Shown piece after piece: positions 30,201 to 37,200 of a stretch of 64,000 nucleotides of DNA. Position 1 is the first letter of the stretch. Every line of letters begins with the position of its first letter. The position numbers and the translations under genes are program-made. This DNA is from an uncultured bacterium (GTDB lineage Bacteria; Verrucomicrobiota; Kiritimatiellia; RFP12; UBA1067). The notes beneath the pieces were generated by a model. It searched no databases, was not told where the DNA came from, and saw nothing but the letters and a program-made list of their open reading frames with translations. Location: the NCBI GenBank assembly GCA_902763655.1, contig CACWSW010000001.1:5172-69171 (forward strand), given 5' to 3'.

Positions 30201-31060
30201 CCGCGCATCAGCGAGAACGCGGCGTACACGCGGTCGCGCTCGTCCTCCGGCAGTCCTTCGATGTTCGCCGCGTCCGGCGTTCCGTCGCTGAACGACTTGG
30301 CGAGGAGGTAGCCCGCGCGGTCGCTCAGGCCGTGGGCGAACTGGAGGAACGTCGCGAGCGTCTGGCGGCGGGAGAGCTTCGTGTCGTAGTCGGCGATCAC
30401 GTCGGCGCGGTAGGCGGCCTTCTTCTCCTCGTCCATCGAGTCGTAGAACGAGTTGCGGATCGCGTCTTCGCGCCATTCCCTGTCGATCTCCTGTCCCTTG
30501 CGCTGTTCCTCGGTCCATGGAATCGCGAATGCCGACATGTCGCCGGCGGCCATGGCGACAAGCGGATTCGTGCCGCGTTCGCCTTTCATCTTTGACTTGA
30601 CCATGTTCCCGGTCGTCTCGTGCTCGAGCGCGTACTTGAACTTGGCCTCGTCGTCCATCTGCCGCCACTTGGTGTACTCCGGGTCTTCGATCAGCGTGTA
30701 GTCGCCCTTGACGAACTTCCGCAGCATGTCGATGTTCGCGCACGGATCCTTCGACGCGCGCTTGCCGAACGCGACGGATCCGTCCTCGTCCGGAAGGCCA
30801 AACATTCCTTCCGTGACGCTCTGGTAGAGCGCGGACGCGCCCGCGTCGTCGAGCTTGGAGACGTCCGTGGAGAAGAGCATGTCGGCGCTGGCCTTGAATC
30901 TGGCCTTGCGCTCATTCTTCGTACGGTCGTCGAAGTCGTCCGTGCCGCCGGCGAACGACGGCGGGCGGACGAACGTGCCGCCGCCCGTCTTCCGCTCGCC
31001 CATCCCGAGGAAATCAGTCACGTCACTTGGCAGTCTTTCCGTCTTCTCTTCTTCCGCCAT
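18218..31060 (-). CDS. giant multidomain 'polyvalent' virion protein (~4280 aa) with JAB/RadC, PRTase, P-loop kinase, HExxH and ParB-like motifs
   Basis: Single uninterrupted 12.9-kb reading frame. The ATG at 31060 has a GGAG RBS. Recognisable motifs are listed in the findings. Sits at the end of the structural module, like ejection proteins. Confidence 0.75.
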   Translation of the reverse strand: MAEEEKTERLPSDVTDFLGMGERKTGGGTFVRPPSFAGGTDDFDDRTKNERKARFKASADMLFSTDVSKLDDAGASALYQSVTEGMFGLPDEDGSVAFGKRASKDPCANIDMLRKFVKGDYTLIEDPEYTKWRQMDDEAKFKYALEHETTGNMVKSKMKGERGTNPLVAMAAGDMSAFAIPWTEEQRKGQEIDREWREDAIRNSFYDSMDEEKKAAYRADVIADYDTKLSRRQTLATFLQFAHGLSDRAGYLLAKSFSDGTPDAANIEGLPEDERDRVYAAFSLMRGDQKKGRILGIQTDFTDDTWMNRFQLGLYGFQQSVVGLVTDTGEMARDAAMWTYAKCAMDEDERKAFFKGWDAIARAEQAMKQNLPEADSLFGEAFQGLAENMHWFIPYSMIGKGGKLAKGAQATIVRAKLQKEVAEGGLTLAKAAAEASRTRWLADVEGAVKAGKGAKKVSEFASAIAMRRQLAAVDQYTAALREIPNVVKAAKWKDAAGAGMWAAGEASAFSAFASEYIANADAAGISREESILTAAAIGLINAKIEQLYVPGLESSLAPAQIKSLTFAAMAQAIKTDGAAGFRKWLANRVSKGFTEGVKVTLTEGAVEEPLQQMAIEHGKAFDKLCQELRKDGNATLANEAKALWDSFAATLPNDYATFIDTAADMVPSSLGFGVTTIGNMTRRQHIHNAMTRHANRRAGATAEDTMLSLDQRGEDPSKAFDYDAGLVDVIQQAVNVRAAVEKHWQGEEDGDEAENPHRFEEAITAARRAWRDPQTGDAVQEIADAAGVDVKTAEVMAQYLQTEAEATAFSPQARAWTSLNMSLADIDEATIKTVLPGYVDGSFASDPENGIYSGRVRMDDGTEKTIAYRVGDFSDELRAEADENAKIGSAFGDSFNERHEELGDGIRWEMLSDAQRYQEALFASNAARMGSGVFELTDSKGQKVRVNADSVIRLANGHIADIGYGPAATQATVRHETFHSLWQFVRGTLADADVQQLAKTLGIDVTADNWERKLDERMAHEMERYASGHYVSHAVSSRFDKMLDSWAGKIIKFFGQFGPSDEVTDPKTGKPYQLKGLYDRILRGELGSGTLGVELRKVPQQTAEPTATPKSSMPVEVTDADRAEAEAEAQAEIKEEEPSPAPASPAPTVTPAPTAAPVQAATAEHPADAATPNQRYYKVGLPNSPVKLVGRLEVRDVETGVITSTDADYHDRGNQNRDDKSEESRALVEKIGANPDPLQIGTVQPIANNGIVWLLNNSNVIIGNHRVNGARLAYAKGTAGELEKFVREDAARRGIEIGDDVKKPLLVFVLERIESPDGKADVHEVVRLANESQNRGFNVREQASNDAKILIDNNLLPRMEFRADGRIDETKSGDAIGKFRQETGAQGMVAEDGSLTEEGQTRIQNAALAVLLGGEGNNALLNKIMSNAGRLDMQSELRALMKMTPELMALADAKPAYDLRAPLAEALQLFTEWRDKDETARTEKGKTRHDWRETAKDGTRKRGLSWEAFMSQGDMFRAPSDEARILGDLFAKSEQLRSFDREDVESEAGKKRVIDLISGYLADYIKNARAVNTETEDMFGGTPATRAEVMAAQRAAGEGGARFSLSPQAQLEYDEVVARYTNEDGTKKRGWMKAPNGKPTRLNESQWVMVRTPTFKKWFGDWEKAEITKRWFDIEASGILDGIATVDISSVQPLANKDAIAEAFVDFGIVTNGRDGRKVRFPGNTAGKMVYQRKYVAAYKKLFESAIRCWSEKENPVEGHKDHTSNIENYHHYVNKFKSAEGEFFVHFTVRESKTSTVADKNLVHAAEVSDVFVYNASANLAGSQTGSLGAGSTGRKPHADRKISYFLSGVNPGNEDCSKIVDANGEPLVVYRGAAFDPLAQETGKGVVMPEAYFTGDQEYAKRYGNVRAYYLDIRRPFDIRDPKCLADLKKAYPDHEFQTGKSGALDWGEASVVDGEFLKDNFGDKYDGIVYDEGGDPAENEQGYTLRGVSYVPLDGGAQVKSATDNNGEFSGNPDVRYSVSTEGLSETEKTNLRAAQTEAQRVLDQIGGTELGNSINRDFHGEARTTLIGKTIRTAKDLAALAQVYRNPCFETFRYIFTRNGEVVWQTGVTARLPGASATTVHTPRENTYAEIERMIAKVKPDGVWLLHNHPSGNVFPSRADINVTGELRTYFDRQGVFLDGHVIIDHDQYAEMNQWGDYNIRRMSAADLEASFHGNPFEKPTKDNAAFHDSLRESGEKFGLDNIAVFYARLQRMASERGKMLTFITVDSKANFVTSVANVPTETFDGADDKRITDILADYRGATGGAFLFVVGDQSMDDYGMAAQQAIYRQIENGNVTDVLWQDASGKWGSVRSYDPLIVDNKKVNRLTDSRTSRVDLGEARYSVSRELTDAMRKREIMQGIPVEGAVQPWPANFPKVMIQTTLASVKQKWLDLHTRAKAGSEGAALELVRNILGEATDGKKKNPKWEKLRALAAEHPRAIVAYVHAEEATGRNKIPAAYAFMIHRITGLRFADGIVQTVRANHTGANAVERMMRVATFSGPVQRGAEYILVDDHVTQGGTLNELRKYIQSRGGKIVAISTLTASQFSDTIAISSDAMQALYAKFGNNLDEELKEAGIANGVAELTQSQARELRKLRADTLRDRLAAARLRRNDEALLRNVRRGLLERSGVSGATDLLPGLKDYLKPDGTSTETGTRWARAKQFQRPIGRELNAIIDEALNAGDLSAEETAALLDRLITSAEATDEILNGVLPNFRKDSALDDPTAFVTGEDGKPHPTPERLAVHRKIYDLLMADSITGKNNEALETRKDGTAKEEALIVAANEGRPDLPPIPLQNPSYETQRDFRIDIIVGPPAAGKSSVFANALSVWYRSRVLDCDACKKELPGFNDGNGANYVHAESSMLNKQMIRDIQNRAEGDPRRGENVVLPVLGDDAEGLRKKIADWHAAGYTVYLHNNRVPILHAFGRALLRTLATGRWINPVVIRACQDNPTRAYNLVKKEADYYDQFSNDVTIGQKPIWEDGNYLDPAYGEVRRAPGGEDRLVEASDGTGAAGRLGRPGLLEGKSWPATQGTLFSTEAPRSGLVYPQLRGMSDEELLSAAVAARIALGKSDKVSDRSVKVTTVQKMMRRLHPEWDTTKIGVESQRVMSGAQKLARRIRDDIGRGVSDSLVLEHLPDTMREQFGREMRQEAREGARLGAFGARANTALEERQAQIVEDAVRVQTGLDSGAIENAYGINLSETIMHLADNPLTEKDAPQGTSGEGEGTADEEGAASAEESEEAAVEIDAKVKAVVDDIVSASGRQTGVDEQNRKNRKAAAGRDAENEAAMGEGEEALEAEGDSSGEGTEGDALAEAVKKSALNLENPRHLARFVAELARRQWIKEHGLAKDADVWRDLVAVQFLRKTAQSVYAKLCRDLTYSRSRETAMRGIAKLDSVPTVQGLISEMEFLGALINAQRIRDTQKQMCEKLDLFLRESFSAQGRFKPDKEEGKRKVSAEAELRARYMRHAMWLTPDAAAEEARQLQETLDALSVDFADAGRDRDQSREFVETIRKLNVLREFGALRYKPVGEIEAAVQWWQDFARGESDDIVREMSDRDIRTKKAAHLLAVAFADPKRTTIREGGKADALNRFITGHMGFISLLQDCMRHASDADAAAVKDIVDYIAREVQKAGDRSEAEKRRHNDAFHSAVEGIYGKSFNAVMKDMMAPDERFTQYMGVVGGKRVTPTKGRALQLLVSLLQEGRKVQVEDEENPGQTKTVWEGGYHDNIVKHHREGQAAEIMRLLDPADMNMLKWLGQWYENNRSDLSGVCHSLFGIGVYAELPNYFPVKMMLETQGLEKGQGVGWTIFPKALTPRVRNERDFDTSADIFSMWASRMEEAAQWKHHAQLGLEMRGIFGRSELRETVRANHGASVDDLMQGFITDILAGHGAYDRSTAGVQYFSDQIRGWTALCALGGNIGVMAKQTTSIPAFGFEIGLVNTAKYMVSAFTPEGMAAMGKIWDSEQRRTRWNLGSSEAVRNALSQQNAGWLKRMLQKSMITTKLGDVVPALVVGQGIYRDCLDRGMSEDDAMAETWSIIERTQQSGRMENQTSIQRRNKLGRIMFQFLSTQQQYLQYEVRAIREVIARPDSVKRWGSLGRAILLNHFILSSAYFWMGELYKACLGQEPPEDELNDWIITCLLGPYGSLFVAGFCCKYTLERAIKGYSIKGGSSMLPMESWLKNQVNDGAKLLEAIFDSDGDTWDNMLDAAGRWMSDSNSVVRDLRKIYRYRVKDEPQKK

Positions 31061-32894
31061 CGTCTTTACTCCGTTCTTCCATCTGATCTGCTTCCCATCT
31101 CGTACGCGTCTCGCGCTGCATGTCCATGACGTTGCGGACGGTCGCGTCGCGGTTCTTGTCAAGCCCGCCCTTCATCCACCCGGTCTTCAGGCGTGTTATC
31201 TCGCGCTCGACGACGCCCTCGCGGTTCATGTCCGGCCCCAGGGCGCGGAGCGTCCTGAGAAGCGTGTCGCCGTAGGCCAGCAGGTCGGAAGCCGAAATGG
31301 TTTCCGGCTTTTCCTGGGCGAGCATGTCGGCCAGTGTAATCGGATCGGCAAACATCTTCTCGAAGAATCCAAACTGTCTCGGAGCGGATCGATCGGGCGC
31401 ATAGTAGCCCGTCGTGTCGTTTCCCGCGTCCTTCCGCGCGGTCGCGGTCGGCTCGCCGCCCTTGTCGAGGTCAGCGCTGTAGCCGAACGCCAGGTAGAAC
31501 TTGCGCATGGCGTTCGCCTCCTGGTCGGAGAGCTGTCCGGAAAGGCGCGTCTCGAAGCTCCGCATGAAGGAAGGGGAGAGCTGCTTGCCGAGCGAAAGCG
31601 CGCGGAACTTCCGCCAGATGGCGGCCTGCGCGTCGTTCGCGTCGTCCTGCGAAAGCGATCCGTCCATTTTCAGGAGGTCGAGCGTCGCAAGCGAGCGCGC
31701 AAGGTTCTCCTCGTTTCCCTTGATCGCGTCGGCGGACGCCTTCTCCTTGGCCTTGGACGCGGCCGTGCGCATTTCGCTCGCGGCGTCCATGTATGCCATG
31801 GCCCGCTTGGGGTCTGTCATGCGCAGCGTCGGGTCGCGGCCCATCGCTTCGTAGGCCTCGGCCCAAAACTCCTGCGGCACGTCGCGAAGCTTCAGCTCGC
31901 GTTCCGTGAAGTCCCTGCCGACGGCCTGGCGCGCCTCGCGCTCTTCGGCCTCCTTCTGGGCGAGAAACAGACGCTTCTCCTTCTTCACCTCTCCGATGAG
32001 CGTCTTGCGGTACTCCCCGTCCACCGTACGCGATCCGCCGGGAAGGTTGTCGGCTATGAGGTCGGGAAGGGCGTCCTTCAAGCCGCCCTTGACGGCCTCC
32101 TCCACCTTGTCGAAGTCCTCTGCTGACGTGCATCCCTGTAGCGAGTTGTCGATGAAGTCGGCGGCGAGCTGGACGGCCAGCGCCTCGCGGTTCGCCTTTC
32201 GCGTCTCTGGCGTGGCGAGCGTGAGCGTGTCCACGCGTTCCTGCTGGGCAAAGATGTCGGGCAGGACCTCGGTGCGTCCGTTCTTCCAGATCATGCGCTG
32301 CGTGGCGAGGTTCCCCTTGGCGGAGTCGAGTTCCATGCGCCGGTACTCTCTGGCCTGATGGTCGGCGAGTCGCGATACGGTGGCGCGCCGGTAGTTCGCG
32401 AGCTTGTCCATCGTGCGCTCGCGCACACGGTCGTTCGCGTCGATGGAGTCGCCGATCTTCCTGAACGTGTCCGCGAAGGCCTTGTCCCATTCGTCCACGA
32501 GGGTCTTTGTGCCCTCGCCGGTGCGTAGGTAGAAGCCGCGTTTCTGGCCTTCGAGGTGCTTCCGGTCGGGCGCGTTCCAGTCGGTGATCTCACGGTCGTC
32601 GCGGCCCATCTTCTCCATGTTGTCCATCATGGCGTTCGCGTAGTCGTCAACCTTGCGGTCCTCCTCGCGCTGCTGGATGGCGCCTATCGCGCCTGCGACC
32701 GCTCCGAGCGCGCGCACGCCCGCACCGATGGCGTCGCCCATCATCATTCCGGGGCGTGCCATGTGCGGCGCGTATATGCCGGGGCGATGGTGCTGGACGG
32801 TGCCGATGTCCGTGCTTGTCGCGCCGTGTGCCATGCTCGTGGAACCAAGGTTTCCGAGCCGTTCGCTTCTCTGCGTTATGTTGATCACGCCCAT
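31023..32894 (-). CDS. phage internal virion/structural protein, unknown function
   Basis: 623 aa, charged, coiled-coil-rich. Lies between the tail genes and the giant ORF. Confidence 0.4.
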   Translation of the reverse strand: MGVINITQRSERLGNLGSTSMAHGATSTDIGTVQHHRPGIYAPHMARPGMMMGDAIGAGVRALGAVAGAIGAIQQREEDRKVDDYANAMMDNMEKMGRDDREITDWNAPDRKHLEGQKRGFYLRTGEGTKTLVDEWDKAFADTFRKIGDSIDANDRVRERTMDKLANYRRATVSRLADHQAREYRRMELDSAKGNLATQRMIWKNGRTEVLPDIFAQQERVDTLTLATPETRKANREALAVQLAADFIDNSLQGCTSAEDFDKVEEAVKGGLKDALPDLIADNLPGGSRTVDGEYRKTLIGEVKKEKRLFLAQKEAEEREARQAVGRDFTERELKLRDVPQEFWAEAYEAMGRDPTLRMTDPKRAMAYMDAASEMRTAASKAKEKASADAIKGNEENLARSLATLDLLKMDGSLSQDDANDAQAAIWRKFRALSLGKQLSPSFMRSFETRLSGQLSDQEANAMRKFYLAFGYSADLDKGGEPTATARKDAGNDTTGYYAPDRSAPRQFGFFEKMFADPITLADMLAQEKPETISASDLLAYGDTLLRTLRALGPDMNREGVVEREITRLKTGWMKGGLDKNRDATVRNVMDMQRETRTRWEADQMEERSKDDGGRREDGKTAK

Positions 32895-32910
32895 CCGTCA
32901 GCCTCCTTCC

Positions 32911-33744
32911 TCACCAGAACGCCCAACCCGATCCGCCGCCGGAGCCTCCCGATCCGCTTGATCCGCCGGAGCTGCCTGTGCTGCCGTATTTCGAGTCCCA
33001 TGACGTGTAGGCGCTTGCGCCGCCGCCAAGCAGTCCGGAGATGAGCGCCAGCCGCCCGGCCTTCTTTGTCGCCCGCGCCGCCTTTCTTCCGTAGGCAAGC
33101 GTCTCCGCCGCAGACTGTCTCGCGTTCTCCAGCGTGAGCGCCGCAGCCTTTCGCGCGTCGGCGGCCGACTCGGCGTCGCTCTGCGCCTTGAACACGAGGT
33201 TGTTTGCGCCCTGGAGCGAGTTGGCTGCGTTCCGTTGCTGGGTGCGCTTCTCCTCCTCGAACGTCCACTGGTTCATCTTGGCGTTATCGAGGATGGTGCT
33301 GATGTCGGCCTGCCCCTCCGTGGCGGAGGACTGGATGATGTAGCCGAACGTGTCGTTCGGGTTCGCGTCCACGGCGAAGCCGTTGCCGGCGAACTGGGCG
33401 TACTGCTGGCCGATCTCCTGCGCGAGGATGCGCGATCGGCGTGCGGCCTCGCGCTCGCCCTTCAGCTGCTCGATGTTCGCCTTCTCCTGCGCGATCTCGC
33501 CCTGCCGCAGCTCCTCGTCGGCATGAAACTTCTCCTTGTTGGCCTCCAGCATGTCCATGAGGGACCGTCGGTCAAGCGCACGCGCCTCGGCGTTCTGCGC
33601 CTCCGCCGCGGCGGCGGCCTCTCGCTGTATCTGCTGCGCCTGTATCTGCGACTGCTGCCGGATGAGCTTCGCCTCCTCGCCCGAGTTGATGTACGACGTT
33701 ATGCCGGAGGCGACGCTGTTGACCGCTGCTGCTATGAATGACAT
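32911..33744 (-). CDS. phage structural protein with Gly/Ser-rich C-terminus
   Basis: 277 aa. Q/A/E-rich coiled-coil N-terminus and a GSSGGSSGSGGSGGGSGW tail. Confidence 0.4.
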   Translation of the reverse strand: MSFIAAAVNSVASGITSYINSGEEAKLIRQQSQIQAQQIQREAAAAAEAQNAEARALDRRSLMDMLEANKEKFHADEELRQGEIAQEKANIEQLKGEREAARRSRILAQEIGQQYAQFAGNGFAVDANPNDTFGYIIQSSATEGQADISTILDNAKMNQWTFEEEKRTQQRNAANSLQGANNLVFKAQSDAESAADARKAAALTLENARQSAAETLAYGRKAARATKKAGRLALISGLLGGGASAYTSWDSKYGSTGSSGGSSGSGGSGGGSGWAFW

Positions 33745-34277
33745 GACCGCTCCTTCCTTTTGCCTAACGCCTCGATTTCGCGCCGAGTCGTTTCAAGCAA
33801 GACCAGAAAATCGTCCTTCACCGGCACGCGGCCGATCTCGCGCATGCCGAGCATGCGCTTCTGCCACGCGACCGACCTCTCGAACGAGGCCGGAGGCCAT
33901 GACCTGAACGTGTCCACCCATGGCGGCATCTGCTCCACCATCCACCGGAATCCTTCGAGCGTTCCCTTGACGAACGAGAACGCATGCCTGTCCACGTTCT
34001 CGCACGACATGTAGGATATTCCGCGCAAGTTGCTCATGTACGAATTGTCGGGCATCGTCAGCACGCCAAGATAGCCGAGGATGTCGCCGTTTTCCGCGCG
34101 CACGGTCCAGCACTGGTCGTGTTCCGCCAGAAGCGTCCGTCTGCCTTCCGCGTCCGCGAGCATCTGTCCTCTGCGCTCGCCCTCCCGGAAGTGGCTTTCC
34201 ACGTAGTCTATGTCTTCCTGGGTGGCCTCGCTCAAAGTCATGCCGCCGGGAAGCCGTTTCAGTATCCTGAAGCTCAT
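33732..34277 (-). CDS. hypothetical phage protein
   Basis: Start at MSFRILKRL, in an ATGA overlap with the upstream tail fibre stop. Confidence 0.35.
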   Translation of the reverse strand: MSFRILKRLPGGMTLSEATQEDIDYVESHFREGERRGQMLADAEGRRTLLAEHDQCWTVRAENGDILGYLGVLTMPDNSYMSNLRGISYMSCENVDRHAFSFVKGTLEGFRWMVEQMPPWVDTFRSWPPASFERSVAWQKRMLGMREIGRVPVKDDFLVLLETTRREIEALGKRKERSCHS

Positions 34278-37200
34278 TGCTGCCCGTTCCCTCCGTTCTC
34301 GTATTCGACCTGGTACGTGGTGCTGACGGAAAGGATCGTGAGCGGCCACGGCTCGACGTGCTTCAGGTGCACGCGCCCGTCGCGGCTGTTGGAGCCGGTC
34401 ATGAGCTTCTTGCAGTCCTTCGACGAGAGCGCGACCGAGGTGCCGTCCCGAAGGGCGGGAAGGGCTACCTCGCGCCATCCGGACGACGCGCCGTAGGGCT
34501 TGACGCTGAACGTCGTCGCGTCCGTGACGCGGATCTCCGTCTCGGTCGCGTTCTTGATCTCCATCTGCGCCGTCTGGCCCTTTTCCGGCTCTGGCCGCAC
34601 CGAAACGAACTCCGACTCGACTGGCCAGCCGATCGCGTACGTACCGTCCCCGAGCGCGACTCCTTGCTCGCCGGTTCCGGTCGGCGCCGAATCGGTTTCG
34701 ATGTGCATGCCGTCAAGGACAACCTGGCTCGCGTCCGTCATTGCGTCGTCGTCGTCGCGCACCTTCCACAGCTGGAACACGCCCGACTTCTCGACGAGCA
34801 GCATCATCTCCGTCGTGCCGTTGACGATGCACTTGGGGCTGACGATCTCCTTGGCCTTCCACCCGCCGCCCAGCTCCTGGACGCTCCACGCGGCGACCTC
34901 CTGCTCCTTCATGTACACGAGCGTCGCCACGCGCCCGTCCGCGAGGACGCACTCGACGATGGAGTCCGGATGCTGCTTGTAGGCCATCGAGACGATGGGG
35001 TTTGCGCGGAAGACGCTCTGCGCGATGACGGATAGGTCTTCAGACTGGTAGCTGTCGGAGGTGTAGTTGTAGTTGATCGACCGGAGGCACGTGCCGCCGC
35101 GCTCGGCGAACAGCGTCTCGTCCGCGAGCTGCAAGGGCTGGAGCGCACGGTCGCTCCCGACCATCGACTGGAGCTTCGCGGATGCGGTCTTGTAGGTGAG
35201 GGCGTTGCCGCTCACCGGCGATATGAGCCATTCCCCGCCGTCGCCGAAGAGCATCAGGTCGCGGCCCATGACGAGGTGGTTGATGTTCGGGAACTCCGTC
35301 GCGGCAAGCGTCAGCTCGAGCGCGTCGTCCTCCCGGATCGACTCGTGCGCCGTGAAGTTGTAGAGGTCTGCGATCCGGCTCATCCAGATAGTGGACGGGC
35401 TGTTGCGCGTCGAGGCGAACACAAGCCGCTGTTCGTAGATGCCCACGCAACCGGGATATTCGTCCGCAGCTGAGAAGTGCGCGTCCTGCGTGTCGTCCGG
35501 CGGCGTGACGGTCATGTCCGGGTTTATGTAGTCGTCCTGGACGATGCCGGAGTCGGACGTGCCGCCGCTGTAGAAGTGGATCGCGTGTATGCAGCCCTGC
35601 TGGTTGTTCGTCCAGTAGGAGTACACGGATTCGGAGAATGTGAACTTGATCGACTTGACGTTGCCGAAGTCGGCGATTCCGTCGAACGTGCTCTTGAAGT
35701 CGAAGTCCAGGCGGCGGAGGTGCGCGTTGAACTCTTCCTTGCAGTCGCCCTTGCCGTAGAGGTGGCCGTACACCGTGTCGCCGTTCGGCGCGGTGAACGC
35801 CTTGCGCTGGAGACCGATCCAGTCCTCGTAGATACCGTAGTAGGATCCTCCCGAGATTCCCCCGAACGAAAAACCCTGCGGCGCGTCGGCGGTCTTCGAG
35901 GTCGTGCCGGTGGTGCCGTCCGTCTTGCGGTAGGTGACAGTGCAGGTGACGCGGTTCGTCGAGACGATCAGGTACGACGAGTTGCTTTCCTTGTCGTAGA
36001 TTCGCCCGTCGAGCATGAGCCGGATGCGGTCAAAGCGCGTGGACGCGGGGAAGTCGAATACGATGCCGTGCGACTGGTTCGCCGCCGTGCTGATGAGGCA
36101 GATGTCGTTCGCAGGGCTGGAGGTGAACGAGTCCTTTCCGGACGAGACCATCTTGCGGAGGATGTCGCCCGTCGCCCAGCCCTTGTTCTCCTCGAAGTCC
36201 GCAGCGCAAACGAGCATTCCGGTCGGCTTCGTGTTGTCCGGCATGAAGAGCGGGTAGGTGTCAACGGCGCCGGAAACGCCGCCGGCGATCCTGTCCACGC
36301 CGACGGTGGCGATGAGGCCGTAGCCGTTGCCGTTGTCTTTGTAGACGTTGTAGTAGTCCGGCTCGTCATCGTTCGCGCCCTTGGCGATGGTGATGTTCAC
36401 GACGGCGTTGTTCGCCCATGGCATGTCGTAGTCCACGGCGTATGGGGAGGACGGGCGCGACTCCTTGCCGTCCTTGATGTAGGTCGCCACGTAGCGGACT
36501 GTGCGCGTGACGATGACAGACGTCGCGCTCGCGGAGTTTTCGGCCGATCCGTCCGTCGTGACCGTATTCATGGTCGAGCCGGTCGCGAGGCCATTGTTGT
36601 AGGTGACAGTCTCCTCCTTGGTGATCGACTTGGTGAACGACTTGACGGACACGGTGGTCGTCTTCTTGCCAGTCGAGCGGTTCACGCTGACTGACGTGCA
36701 GGTGTAGGAGCATGCGTACGAGCAGGAACCGTCCGATCCGTCGGCCTTGTTCCCGCTGAAGCCCGCGTCTGTCACCGTTCCGAGCGCCTTGCAGGCGTTC
36801 TTGAACGTTGTGACGGCCGCTTTCTGCGTGTTCGTGAGCCAGGACGGCGGCGTCGTGAACTCGGCGGGCCAGTTGTCGGTCTCCTTCGGGTCGTTTCCAA
36901 CCATCGTCGCCGATTCGACGACAGGCGGGGAGAAGTCGGTGTTGTCAAGCTGAAGCTCCTCGAAGTAGGCCTTGCCGTGCGTGTCGAAGTAGATCTTCGC
37001 GGGCGGGTAGTCGCGGTGCGCGATGAAGAGCGTGTCGCCGGACTGCCGGATGCAGAGGTCGGAAAGGTCGGCATCGGCGTATGGGATGGCGAAACGGTAC
37101 GGGATCAGGTCGTGCGACGATCCGTCCCAGGCGTAGTCGCCCTCGCCGTTCTGTTTGAATCCGTGGTAGCCGTCGGACGTCGGATCCGTCTGGTTTGCCA

